NCBI RefSeq assembly: GCF_030028105.1
Contig: NC_092401.1
Coordinates: 8,528,984-8,592,983 of the forward strand
Reading direction: 5' to 3'
Source of the DNA: Mobula birostris
Taxonomy: Eukaryota
DNA length: 64,000 nt
A model generated the notes under the pieces. That model saw only the letters and a list, made by a program, of their open reading frames with translations, did not search any database and was not told the origin of the DNA. Positions 50,027-62,898 of this stretch are shown here, in pieces (position 1 is the stretch's first letter; every line of letters begins with the position of its first letter). The translations under genes and the position numbers were made by a program.

Positions 50027-51841
50027 GTAAGTGAAGCTGTCGAGGCAGGAAGAGCACAGTCACGTGACTTCCAAGCCTCTTCACTCACGGGCACAACTCC
50101 CTCAGTGTCGCAGACTAATTGCTTGTATCCTCCAGTCCCCAAAGAACATACTTAACACAATTCAATTCACTCAGCACTCACCCAGTGCTTGACTGCTCCA
50201 TGCCTTCAGTTGTATAGGGAGGGCTGGTGGAGAGGAGTAGGAAGATAGAGATGTAAGACAAAGGACTAAATGAGTATTGGTTAATATACACTCAATGGCC
50301 ACTTTATTAGGTACCTCATGTGCCTAAAGAGTGGCCATTGAATGTATGTTCGTGGTCTTCTGCTGCTGTAGCCCATCCACTTCAAGGTTCAACTTGGTGT
50401 ACATCCAAAGATGCTTTTCTGCGTTCCACTGTTGCAACACATGCTCATTTGAGTTACCGTCCCCTTCCTGTCAGCTTGAACCAGTCTGGCCATTCTCCTC
50501 TGACCTCTCTCATTAACAAGGCATTTTCACTACAAAACTGCCGCTCACTGGATTTGTTTTGTTTCTCGCACCATTCTCTTAAACTCTAGAGACTGTTGTG
50601 CATGAAAATCCCAGGAGTTTACCAATAATCTCTGTCTGTAAATTTGCTGATGACACAACTATTGTTGGCAGAATTTCAGATGGTGATGAGGAGGTGTACA
50701 GGGGTGCGATAGATCAGCTGGTTGAGTCCTGTCGCAACAACAGACTTGCGCTCGATGTCAGTGAGACCAAGGAATTGATTGTGGATTTCATGAAGGGGAA
50801 GTTGAGGGAACACACACCAGTCCTCATTGAGCAATCGGTACAGGAAAGGGTGAGCTCTTTCAGTTCCTGGGTGTCAGCTTCTCTGAAGATGTATCATTGA
50901 TATTACTACAAACAAGGTATGACAGCAGCTTTATTTCATTAGGAGTTTGATGAGACTTTGTAGGTCACCAAAAGCACTCGCAAATTTCTACATGTGTACC
51001 ATAGGAAGCGTTCTAACCGGTTGCATCAGGAAGTTGTAAACTCAGCCAGCTCCATCGTGGGCACCTGACTCCCCAGCATCAAGGACACCTTCAAAAGGCG
51101 CAGCCTCAAAAGCACGGCGTCCATCACCCAGGTCATGCCCTCTTCTCTTTGCTGCCATCGGATAGGAGGTACAGGAAGCTTAGGACACATACTCAATGTT
51201 TTAGGATCATCTTCCCCTCTGCCCTCAGATTTCCGAATGGACAATGAATCAGTATACACTACCTCACAACCTTCTTCTTTTTGTTGTACTTATTTACTTG
51301 TGTGTATATATTTCTTATTGTAATTTAGTTTTTAATTATTCTGCATTGTAATGTACTGCTGCTGCAAAACAACAAATTTCATGACATAATGCCAGTGATA
51401 TTAATGCTGATTCTGAGATCCTCAAACCACCCTGTCTGGCATCAACAATTATTTCAGTCAAAATTACTTCGATCACACTTCTTCCCCATTCTGGTATTTG
51501 GTCCGAATAGCAACCGACCGTCTTCACCATGTCTGCATTGAGTTGCTGCCACATGATTGGCTGACTAGATATTTACATTAACAAGCAGATGTACGGGTGT
51601 AGCTGATAGGGAAAGTATGGATCAGATGTTAAGCATAGTAAGTTCTGGCCATTGGAGGAGCATTGTAAAGAAATGGTATGAGGAGGGACAGCAGTAAAGG
51701 GTGGTTATGAAAGAAGAGTTTATATTGGATCAGTCAGTATTTATTCTAGGTTATAAAGTGCATAAACACAAGAAAGGATGTTGCTTACGTGGGCCTCAAT
51801 ACTGACAGTGGAGGAGGCTGTAGACAGAAAATACAAATGGG

Positions 51842-54800
51842 GGTGGCGCCAGTGCGCATACGTATAGATTAGACGTGTTTGGTCGGCGCTCCTCTCCCAG
51901 GCCTCGATAAAATTATTATTATACCGTGTTTTATTCATCATAGGCCAACAGTGTATGTCTAAACTGAGTGTCTGGAAAAGTTTGACAATGCCGAAGGCAA
52001 ATAAAGCCAAGACTGCCGACTGTCAAACTACCAAAGTTAGTGCTAACAACTGGTCTGTAAAAAACTTCTCCGCGTCTGAGACACCGCCAGATAAAACTTA
52101 CGCCATGTGCAAGGAATTAGGTCGGGAGATTTCTCAGTCAGTTCTGCGCAGCATTAACAACCGCTTTGATGTTTTTGAGACCAAGTTTGAGGTATGTGTG
52201 GCCTCCCAGGCTGACTTACAAGCCCGTGTGGCTAATCAAGAACTAACCACCAGTGACCTTGAAACACGTGTGCAAGAGCTTGAAGCTAAGTATTCAGAGC
52301 TAATGAGACAAAACAGCCAGCTTGAAGCTAAAGTGCTTGATTTGGAGGCTCATTCCCGGAGACATAATATTAAGATTGTAGGGATACAAGAGGGCGAGGA
52401 GGATGGTAAACCTACTGAATTTGTTTCCAGACTGATTCCCAAATTGCTCGGAAGAGCATTTCCCGTATCCGGTTAAAGTCGATTGCGCGCATCGCTCTCT
52501 CCAGCCAAAGCCGGCTGCCATCTTGGCACGTATCCATCACTTTCCAGTGAAAGAGCTGATCCTGCTCTGCAGCAGACTACAACCCATGGAGTACAAGGGA
52601 AACAAGGTCTTGATCTTCCCGGAATATACTAAAGAGGTGATGACTCAACGTCGTGCCTTTCGAGATGTACTGCAAACTCTGCGCGATGGAGGAATCAAGC
52701 ACACCCGTGGTATCCGGCTAGGCTCCATATTTACCATGAAGATGGAAGAGCGCCTAAAGTATACGACAACCCGATAGAAGCAGCACGATTCTTGGAAAAG
52801 AATAAAGCACGAAAAAGGGAGTAGATGTATTGACACTGCTTATTCAGCTTATATTTGTGCCGGTTTCCATGTTGGGATATGGTGAGAGACCTGCTTGTTA
52901 TATGTAGTTTTGCAATGCTGTATGCTGCACTGGGATTTAATTGCAGAGAATGTTCTAAATATTTTTGTTATTATAAGGGTTAAATTTGAGTGGGTGTCAT
53001 GAATGTTCAGCTTCAGGTGTGGACATTAAACCCAGCCCTAATAGCATCTGTTTAACGGTATCATATAATTTGTGTTATAAATTTTCTCAGAGAGGGGGTT
53101 TGTGATAATTGTGTAATGTTAGTTACCTGCCCAGCAGCTCCTTTTGGGATGGAAATGGGGAACTATGTGTCTGGTTTAGGGAGACATGAAGGGGGGTGGG
53201 TTAGGGTGTGTGTTGTTCCTGTTTATAGCTCAGACATGCTTTTTGTTTGTGAATGTTCTGTTCTTCTGAGGCTGCCAGTTATTTTGCATTGTTTACTATG
53301 TTTGTGCTCAACTCTAATAATCTCTTTTTTATTCTCATATGCAGAGGCCTTGCGGTAGAACACAGCTGGGGGGTAAAGATATTACAATAGTCTCATGGAA
53401 TGTTAAGGGCTGTGGTCATGTTGTTAAGAGGGATAAAGTTTTTAGACATCTCAAATCTCTCTATCTGCAGATATGATTTTTCTACAGGAAACCCATATCA
53501 AAGTAACTGAGCAACACAGCTTGAGGTCTAGCTAGATATCACAGGTTTACCAGTCACCATTTACTTCTCATGCCCGTGGTGTGGCTATCCTCTTTAGGAA
53601 AAATATTCCATTTCAACTCACTTCCATGACCACAGATCCTCTGGGCAGGTTTATTATGATCTCTGGCACCATTAATTTGTTTCTGCTGACCTTCCTTAAT
53701 ATTTATGGTCCAAACACAGACGAGCCAAATTGTTTTAGGAGAGTTTTTGATTTACTTCCGGATGCCAGTATTCAAATATAATAATCAGCGGTGACTTGAA
53801 TTGCTACCTGGATCCATATTTAGATAGATTGTCCTCCCGCCCACCCTCAAATATCGTGTCAGTGCAGGTCCTAAATAATTTGATGAGATCTAGGAATTTA
53901 GTAGGTATTTGGTGAGTTCAACATCCCACCGACAAGGACTATTCTTATTATTCTCATGTACACAAATCTTATAGTAGAATAGACTATTTTTTGGTTGACT
54001 CTCATTTAATATCTCGTGTTACCAATACAAAATATCACAATAGATTAATTTCTGACATTAGCCCCTTGACAATGGCCCTAAATCCCTCCCTTTCCAAACA
54101 AATCTATTCCTGGTGTTTTAACCCCTCCCTACTCGCCGATAAGAAATTTATAGAATATATCACCACCAGATTAAAAGATTTTATAGAAATTAACGATAAT
54201 GGCGAGGTGTCAGATTCCACACTCTGGGAGATATTAAAAGTTGTAATTCGTGGGTATATAATTACATATGAATCCGCTGCTCAGAGGGAGAGAGAAGGGC
54301 GATTATTGGAGATTGAGAATACTCTCCCAACCCTCGAAGCGACATACCAGGCTTCGAAATCCTCTGAAGATTATAATAAAATAATGAAGCTTAAATATGA
54401 GTACAATTGTATCTTGGGTAGTCAAGTAAATAACCTCCTCTTAAAATTAAGACAAAAGCATTTGGAAATGGACAAGCCTGTGGGGCTCCTGGCGCGGCAG
54501 CTCAGGGGCAACCAGGCCCTGAGGTCAATTCATTGCATTAGATCGAGGCCGGGTACCCTGTTAACTAACCCCAAGGAGATAAATGACTGTTTTAAAGAAT
54601 CTTACAGTGAACTCTACACCTCTAAATGCAATGCCACTCAATCTGATTTGAATGACTTCTTTGATTCTTCTGTAATGCTGAAACTCAGTGACACTGCTAG
54701 GTAGGACTTAGATTCTGACTTCACATTGGAAGAAATAACTTCTGCTATTATGTCATTTCCGTCCAGCAAGGCTGCTGGGCGGGATGGATTTGGCTGTGAA

Positions 54801-57800
54801 TTTTATAAGAAATTCTGTGATATCCTTGCCCCACTTCTCCTCAGAATGATAACTTGCTCTAAGAGAGATAAAGCCTTGCCTAGAACATTGTACGAGACTG
54901 ACATTTCCCTCATTTTAAAGAAAGGTAAAGAGGAAACAGACCCGGCCCGCTATAGGCCCATTGCACTTCAGAATTTTGATAGAAAGGTAATTACTAAAAT
55001 GCTGGCTAACTGACTCAATAGGCATTTGTCATCTATCATTCATCCTGATCAGACAGGATTTGTCCTGGGTAGGTTCTCTTTTTCCAATGTCAGATGCCTC
55101 CTTAATACTGTATATGCTGATCATGGGAAAGCTAATGGGGCAGCAATTTTGTCCCTTGATGCACAAAAGGCTTTTGACCAGATTGAGTGGCCTTACATGT
55201 TTGAGTCACTGTACAGGTTTGGGTTCGGGGAGTCATTTGTACCTTGGGTAAAACCGATATATGCCAGCCTAATGTGTTCTATTATAACTAATGATGACAA
55301 GTCAGCTCTATTTCCCCTGCACTGTTCAGTCCAGCAGGGGTGCCCTCTCTCACCGGCCCTCTCTCGCCATCACGGTGGAGCTCCTTGCCTTAAAAATAAG
55401 AAGACACCCAAATATTGCGGGTTTGAAAGTGGGAGGTATTGAAACACTTATTAGTTTATATGTTGATGATGTGATACTCTACTTACAAAACTCAGAAAAG
55501 TCAGTCCCTCTTCTTCTAGATTTAATCACCTCTTTTGGCAGACTATCGGAATACTCAATCAATTGGACAAAAAGTGACTGTGCCCCTCTCCAACGACTAC
55601 ACGCGGGGTTTTTTGGAAAGTTTCCCGTTCAAAGTAGTTAAAGATCACTTTACTAATCTTGGCTTGACAATCCCCAAAGATCCTAAAATAATATTCAAAT
55701 TAAACTTTGCGGAGTTTATTTCAAAACTTAAACAGAATATAGAAGGTTGGAAAACCCTACCTCTGTCCATGATTGGTCGTATAAATTCAGTTAAAATGGT
55801 TTCCCTTCCTAGGTTTCTCTATCTTTGTCAAAATCTCCCCATTTTTCTAACATCAGCTTTCTTTAAAGAGTTGGACTCCATAATATTGTCTTATATCTGG
55901 AATTTAAGAATCACAGGATTTCAAAAATTCATTTACAAAAGCCCAAGTCTGAAGGAGGGCTGGGATTACCTGTATTTAGACACTATTACTGGGCTGTCAA
56001 TGCTAGGACTTTAATCTTTTGGCAACAGGGGCTCTGGATAACCTGGCCCCGGGGCTCCCTTGTGGCTATGTATGGAGTCTAACTCTGCTGTCAATTCCTC
56101 CTTGCCAGCCATGCTGTTCTCTAAGTTAGAGAAGCCTGGGACTTCAAAAGGTTTGAGTTTTGTTTTGAAAAATTCCATCAGAATTCTGAATCAGATTAGG
56201 AGCGTTCTGAATTTACCAAAGACCTCTGTACAAACACCAATCTGTTTCAATCACTCCTTTCTACCTTCATGGTCAGATAAAACCTACCATGCTTGGAGGG
56301 AGAAGGGTCTAGTTTCTACTGAAGACCTGTACATAGGGGGACGGTTTGCAACATTTAATCTGCTGAAAGAAAAATTTGAGCTGCCTCATTTGCACTTTTT
56401 TCGTTACTTACAAATTAGGCACTACATTCAATCTAAGATTTGTAATTTTGAAATCCTTCCAGGGAAACGTGTTTTTTGATATTTTAAAGAACCTTCCTGA
56501 CTCCAGGCATCTCGTTTCTAAGTTTGTACGTTTGTTTGTTAATTGCACTGTAGCGTCTACTGTGAAGATTAGAGACGCCTGGAGAGAGGAGTTGGGCATT
56601 GAATTATCTGAAGCTGCCTGGGATAAGCGTTTGTCTATGATACAGGCTTCCTCTGTTAACAGTAGGCACCAATTGATCCAGTTTAACTCTGTCCACCGTC
56701 TCCATTACTCTAAACTTAGATTGCACAGGATTTACCCTTCTGTCTCGCCAATGTGTGATTGATGCCAAGGGACAGAAGCCATGTTGTCACACACCTTTTG
56801 GTTTTTCCCATTACTGAATGGATTTTGGTCCAAAATATTCAACTGGTATTCAAAGGTCTATAAAAGATCCTTCCCCTTGGAAGCTGGTGACGCTATATTT
56901 GGCTGCTCGCAATCTACTGTTTGTTTCCCTGCAGCCATACAACAGTCTCTGATGCTGGGGATGATTGTTGTCAAAAGACTTATCTTGAGGGAATGGAAAT
57001 CACCTTCTCCTCCTTCCTTTCGGAGATGGATGGCTGATATAGAAGCCATAGAAAATAGGTGCAGGAGTAGGCCATTCGGCCCTTCGAGCCTGCACCACCA
57101 TTTATTATGATCATGGCTGATCATCCAACTCAGAACCCTGCACCAGCCTTCCCTCCATACCCCCTGATCCCCATAGCCACAAGGGCCATATCTAACTCCC
57201 TCTTAAATATAGCCAATGAACTGGCCTCAACTGTTTCCTGTGGCAGAGAATTCCACAGATTCACCACTCTCTGTGTGAATAAGTTTTTCCTAATCTCAGT
57301 CCTAAAAGGCTTCCCCTTTATCCTCAAACTGTGACCCCTCGTTGTGGACTTCCCCAACATCGGGAACAATCTTCCTGCATCTAGCCTGCCCAATCCCTTT
57401 AGGATTTTATATGTTTCAATCAGATCCCCCCTCAATCTTCTAAATTCCAACGAGTACAAGCCTAGTTCATCCAGTCTTTCTTCATATGAAAGTCCTGCCA
57501 TCCCAGGAATCAATCTGGTGAACCTTCTTTGTACTCCCTCTATGGCAAGGATGTCTTTCCTCAGATTAGGGGACCAAAACTGCACACAGTACTCCAGGTG
57601 TGGTCTCACCAAGGCCTTGTACAACTGCAGTAATACCTCCCTGCTCCTGTACTCGAATCCTCTCGCTATAAATGCCAGCATACCATTCGCCTTTTTCACC
57701 GCCTGCTGTACCTGCATGCCCACTTTCAATGACTGGTGTATAATGACACCCAGGTCTTGTTGCACCTCCCCTTTTCCTAATCGGCCACCATTCAGATAAT

Positions 57801-58376
57801 CTGTTTTCCTATTTTTGCCACCAAAGTGGATAACTTCACATTTATCCACATTAAATTGCATCTGCCATGAATTTGCCCACTCACCCAACCTATCCAAGTC
57901 ACCCTGCATCCTCTTAGCATCCTCTTCACAGCTAACACTGCCGCCCAGCTTCGTGTCATCCGCAAACTTGGAGATGCTGCATTAAATTCCTTCGTCTAAG
58001 TCATTAATATATATTGTAAACAACTGGGGTCCCAGCACTGAGCCTTGCGGTACCCCACTATGATCTCAGTCATATGGATGGAGAAACTTAGGTTCTTGAG
58101 AACCAATTCAATTAAAAGATTTTCGGCTATCTGGGATCCATTACTTGCCTACCTGGACGAGGCCGGGGGCAGATGAGCAATTTCCCCCCCAGCTGATTTC
58201 TCACAGCCCTCATTTGAGATTTAATGTTTAGTTTTTTTGAGCACTTTGTACAATAGGCATCCCTCTGATGTTATGTCCCTTTTATTTTGCTTATTTCATT
58301 TTTATACACATCTAAGCTGGTATGTTCTTGTTGATTTCATTGTTTTTTTGAAATTTTTGAAAAGTATTTAAAAAAA
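51842..58376 (+). mobile_element. Full-length degenerate L1-clade LINE in WDR83 intron 7
   Basis: ORF1 remnant (~51988-52825: coiled coil, SRRHNIKIVGIQEG). ORF2 remnant (~53380-58176): APE motifs SWNVKG, FLQETH, NIYGPN, SRIDYF and RT motifs YRPIAL, LSLDAQKAFD, QGCPLSP, LYVDD. A-tail at 58370-58377. TSD AGAAAA(T/C)ACAAATGGG at 51826-51841 and 58377-58392. Multiple stops and frameshifts. Confidence 0.92.
57041..58060 (-). mobile_element. Young 5'-truncated CR1 LINE nested in L1 ORF2
   Basis: Open RT C-terminus (QGDLDRL...LYKALVRPHLEYCVQFWSP...RRLRGDLIETYKI). The L1 frame RWMAD|MISVIWMEK resumes at 58061. Confidence 0.93.
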
Positions 58377-58522
58377 AGAAAACACAAATGGGAGTGGGAT
58401 TAAAAATTAAAGTGATATGTAGCAGAAAGCTCAGGATTACTGCTGTGGATTGAGTGCAGATGCTCCACAATCACCCAGTCTGTGCCAGTTTCATGAAATT
58501 GCCCTCCATTCTGTTTAAATAG

Positions 58523-58637
58523 GTACACAGGCCACAAGAGCCAACAGTACAAGCTGGACTGCTGCTTCAATGAGTCCGACACACACGTGGTTAGTGGCTC
58601 CGAGGACGGGCAAGTGTATTTCTGGGATCTAGTCGAG
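58523..58637 (+). CDS. WDR83: WDR83 coding exon 8
   Basis: YTGHKSQQYKLDCCFNESDTHVVSGSEDGQVYFWDLVE. 115 nt. Confidence 0.93.
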
Positions 58638-59183
58638 GTGAGTAAACCCTTTCCTGACTCCCACCCTCCCCTTCTCTCTGGAACACTGTTGGATGACATT
58701 GTAGTCGTGAATAGGACAGAGTCAGCCCAATGCCTGTCGTCGTCCCAGCTCACACAGAAAAAACAACCCTTTGATGACCTGGCTGTGGCTCTGGGACACC
58801 CACTTTTTCTCAGAGTAAGAAGGCCGTGGGTTTGGGTTCCATGTTGAAGGTGAATGTCAATCTAGACTGACAGCCCAGCAATGATTTTGAGAGAGTGCTG
58901 TGCTATTGGTAGGGCAGTGGGGAGAGGCAGTATTGAGGGACACTTCAACCAGGGTGGTTCGAGAAAGTACTGCATTGTCATCAGTGGGCAGAAAGGGGAG
59001 ATGCTGGGTCTGAAACAGAAGCCCTGCTATTCAGAGCAGGGAGACTGTCAGTATTTCTCTGTCTACCAACCAGCTCAGACAAACACACCATTTTGTATTT
59101 ATCCTGTTGCAGTTGGAGGGATCTTGCTATGGACGAAGTGGGTAGTAATTCCCTCTTCTCAGCAGGCAGGGACAAAGAGGCTT

Positions 59184-60282
59184 AGGTCCCACACCACCAG
59201 GTTCAGGAAGTTATTACCCTACAACCATCAGGTCCCACAGCACCAGGTTCAGGAACAGTTATTACCCCTCAACCATCAGGTCCCACACCACCAGGTTCAG
59301 GAACAGTTATTACCCCTCAACCATCAGGTCCCACACCACCAGGTTCAGGAACAGTTATTACCCCTCAAACATCAGGTCCCACACCACCAGGTTCAGGAAG
59401 TTATTACCCCTCAAACATCAGGTCCCACACCACCAGGTTCAGGAACAGTTATTACCCCTCAACCATCAGGTCCCACACCACCAGGTTCAGGAAGTTATTA
59501 CCCTACAACCATCAGGTCCCACAGCACCAGGTTCAGGAACAGTTATTACCCGTCATCCATCAGGTCCCACACCACCAGGTTCAGGAACAGTTATTACCCT
59601 ACAACCATCAGGTCCCACAGCACCAGGTTCAGGAACAGTTATTACCCCTCAACCATCAGGTCCCACACCACCAGGTTCAGGAACAGTTATTACCCCTCAA
59701 CCATCAGGTCCCACACCACCAGGTTCAGGAAGTTATTACCCTACAACCATCAGGTCCCACACCACCAGGTTCAGGAACAGTTATTACCCCTCAACCATCA
59801 GGTCCCACACCACCAGGTTCAGGAACAGTTATTACCCCTCAACCATCAGGTCCCACACCACCAGGTTCAGGAACAGTTATTACCCCTCAACCATCAGGTC
59901 CCACACCACCAGGTTCAGGAACAGTTATTACCCCTCAAACATCAGGTCCCACACCACCAGGTTCAGGAACAGTTATTACCCTACAACCATCAGGTCCCAC
60001 ACCACCAGGTTCAGGAACAGTTATTACCCCTCAACCATCAGGTCCCACACCACCAGGTTCAGGAACAGTTATTACCCCTCAAACATCAGGTCCCACACCA
60101 CCAGGTTCAGGAACAGTTATTACCCTACAACCATCAGGTCCCACACCACCAGGTTCAGGAACAGTTATTACCCCTCAACCATCAGGTCCCACACCACCAG
60201 GTTCAGGAACAGTTATTACCCCTCAAACATCAGGTCCCACACCACCAGGTTCAGGAACAGTTATTACCCTACAACCATCAGG
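59184..60282. repeat. 48-bp minisatellite (23 units, four of them 46-bp variants), WDR83 intron 8
   Basis: AGGTCCCACACCACCAGGTTCAGGAACAGTTATTACCCCTCAACCATC. The 1096-bp span equals 19x48 + 4x46. Confidence 0.97.
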
Positions 60283-60618
60283 CTCTTGACCTGGCATGTA
60301 TAACTTTATTCATTATTCGTCTGAACTGATTCTCACTTCCAATGACTTTCTACTACTCTTGTTCTCAGTATAAATTTTTATCTGCATTTTGTCTTTTGCA
60401 CATTCTCTAACAGTCTTTGTTTGTTTAGAAATAGTTTTTCATAAATTCTGTTGTATTTTTCCTGTGAATGTCTGCAATTAAATGAATCTCAAGGTAGTAT
60501 ATGGTAACACTTACTATCTGTTCTTTTATGTTTACTTCAAATTTTAAGCAGAGTTTTTGATCTAACTGTGAAACGCTTGTGGTGATTGATTCTGACTTGA
60601 TGCGTCTGCTGTCTGCAG

Positions 60619-60771
60619 GGCTGCCAGGCTACAACACTAAATGTTGGGAAGGGTGTGGTGCAGAGTCTGAATTACCACCCAACGCATTCCTGCTTGCTCA
60701 TCGCCACAGAGGGGACCGTGCAGCTCTGGGGAGACCAAATGTATGCAGCAGAGATGCAAACAGCCACGTGA
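60619..60771 (+). CDS. WDR83: WDR83 coding exon 9 (terminal)
   Basis: GCQATTLNVGKGVVQSLNYHPTHSCLLIATEGTVQLWGDQMYAAEMQTAT*. Spliced product 316 aa. AATAAA at 60950-60955. Confidence 0.9.
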   Translation, partial: GCQATTLNVGKGVVQSLNYHPTHSCLLIATEGTVQLWGDQMYAAEMQTAT

Positions 60772-61930
60772 CACTCTGGCACAGGCTCCCAGCACTCAGC
60801 CACTGCCCTGGTTACAGACCAAGGGAAAGACACTCTCACTCTGGTCAGCCTGCTCTCGTGACGCACTGGGATCCACAGTGTAGTTAACCGTAACTGGCAG
60901 TTGTCCCAGCATCTCTGCCCTCCATAATTTACACATCAGTTTTGTGATGAATAAAGGGATTTGTTTTGGAAAATCCAAGTTTCACTGAGCTGTGTCATAA
61001 TTCCAGATGGCAAAACTGGGACATGTGGTGAACAAAATCATCAACAGACACAATCACCAGATTTTCAGCCGCTGATTTTATTCATCTCCAGGCAGCAGTC
61101 AGATCCTCAAGTAAGAATTTGATTTTTTAAAAATTGTGCAAGTTTCTCCGGTCTCCTCCCTCTACCTGCCACCCGTGCAGCAAATACCCATTTAACGTGG
61201 GCTTAGGGATCTACCAGCACTCGATGAGGAACAAAGTGACACAAGCCAGACATTGCAAGCTCTGCTTGCATCTGTAACACGAGATTCTGCAGATGCTGGA
61301 AATTCAGAGCAACATACACACGGAACGCTAGAGGAAGTCAGCCGGTCAGAGTCTCGCTGAAGGACCTTGGCCCAAAACATCAATACTATCTTCCTCTCCA
61401 CGAACGCTGCCAGACCTGCTGAGTTCCTGCAGCATTCTGTATGTCACACTGCTCACGTTTGCTCATGACCCAGGCTGAAACTGGGCCATGGGTTAACTCA
61501 TGAAGGCCTTCAAAAGATTTTAGTGAAGTAGTATGTTCCTGGCCACTCTCTGCTCCTTATTCCACGCGTCGTGTGCATGCATCCACGCAGCCTATTACTC
61601 AGCTTCCCTAATGACATGAAAAAGCAGGAAGGGATCAATCAGCAACTCATATTCTAAAACATAAAGCAAACATCCATTTCTCCCAATAGTTTGAATAAAC
61701 GTGGATGAAGGGTAATTCCTCCAGGACGCAGCCACGTCGCTCTCCTTCCCTCCATTCCGCACTGTCGATCTGTGAGATTAGGGCTCACAGCCTGTTCCTG
61801 TGACAGCAGCAGCTTCCCACTGGCAGGGAGAGTGTGTGGCAGACGGGATCCCGATGGCACCGGAGTACAAGAGATGGTGTCATCAGCAGCAGCAGCTCGT
61901 CGGATTTGCTTGCCTTGCGCGGGCAGTGGA

Positions 61931-62298
<368 letters not shown>

Positions 62299-62403
62299 CT
62301 AGGTATTGCGGGGTTAGGAGAAGGGAAGAAAAAGCAGCATCAGGAGACAGTAAATGGACCGGGGTCACAAGAATAATTCACAGGGCAAACACTGAGTACT
62401 GAC

Positions 62404-62507
62404 CATGAGGTTGGCATTGGCAATGTGATGCTTCACCACACCCCCTCCCAGAATGATCATCCCTGTCTGTTTGGCGTACACTGCCATGTTGTTTATTCTG
62501 CGAATGT
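62404..62507 (-). CDS. DHPS: DHPS internal exon with the catalytic lysine
   Basis: [35 protein letters not shown] (GGGVVKHH active-site motif). 104 nt. Confidence 0.94.
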
Positions 62508-62792
62508 CTGGAGAGAGCAGCAAAAGAAATGGAGTCATTGTAGCGCTATGAATTTCCCCCCACCACCACCTTAAACCTCCCTTCCCCACTATGTCCACGT
62601 TAACGCCACCTCCCCCGCACTGCTGAAACGTAGCAGTTCCCAGCAGTAAGTGTGAGCAATATCCAACACGTGTACACTGATAAATGTCCGTAACCATTTC
62701 GCTACAGTCTCATTTGCTGACCAGGCTTTGGGCCCACTAAAGTTATCAACTGGAATATGCGACGATACTATATATAGACAAGGCCCACACAC

Positions 62793-62898
62793 CTTCAACG
62801 ATATCAAGCACCAGCCCGGGGTTCTTGTAGGAGTGGAAGTAGATCATGTCACCGATCGAGCCGTCCGTCAGGGCAGGGCTGAAGACAGGAATATCGTT
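62793..62898 (-). CDS. DHPS: Deoxyhypusine synthase, internal exon (upstream exons lie outside the window)
   Basis: [35 protein letters not shown]. 106 nt with canonical sites. Confidence 0.93.

Noticed and set aside
58881-60329. 482-aa His/Gln-rich repeat ORF
   Set aside because: Translation of the 48-bp LINE-derived array, which lacks plus-strand stops; the frame switches at the 46-bp variants. Intronic.
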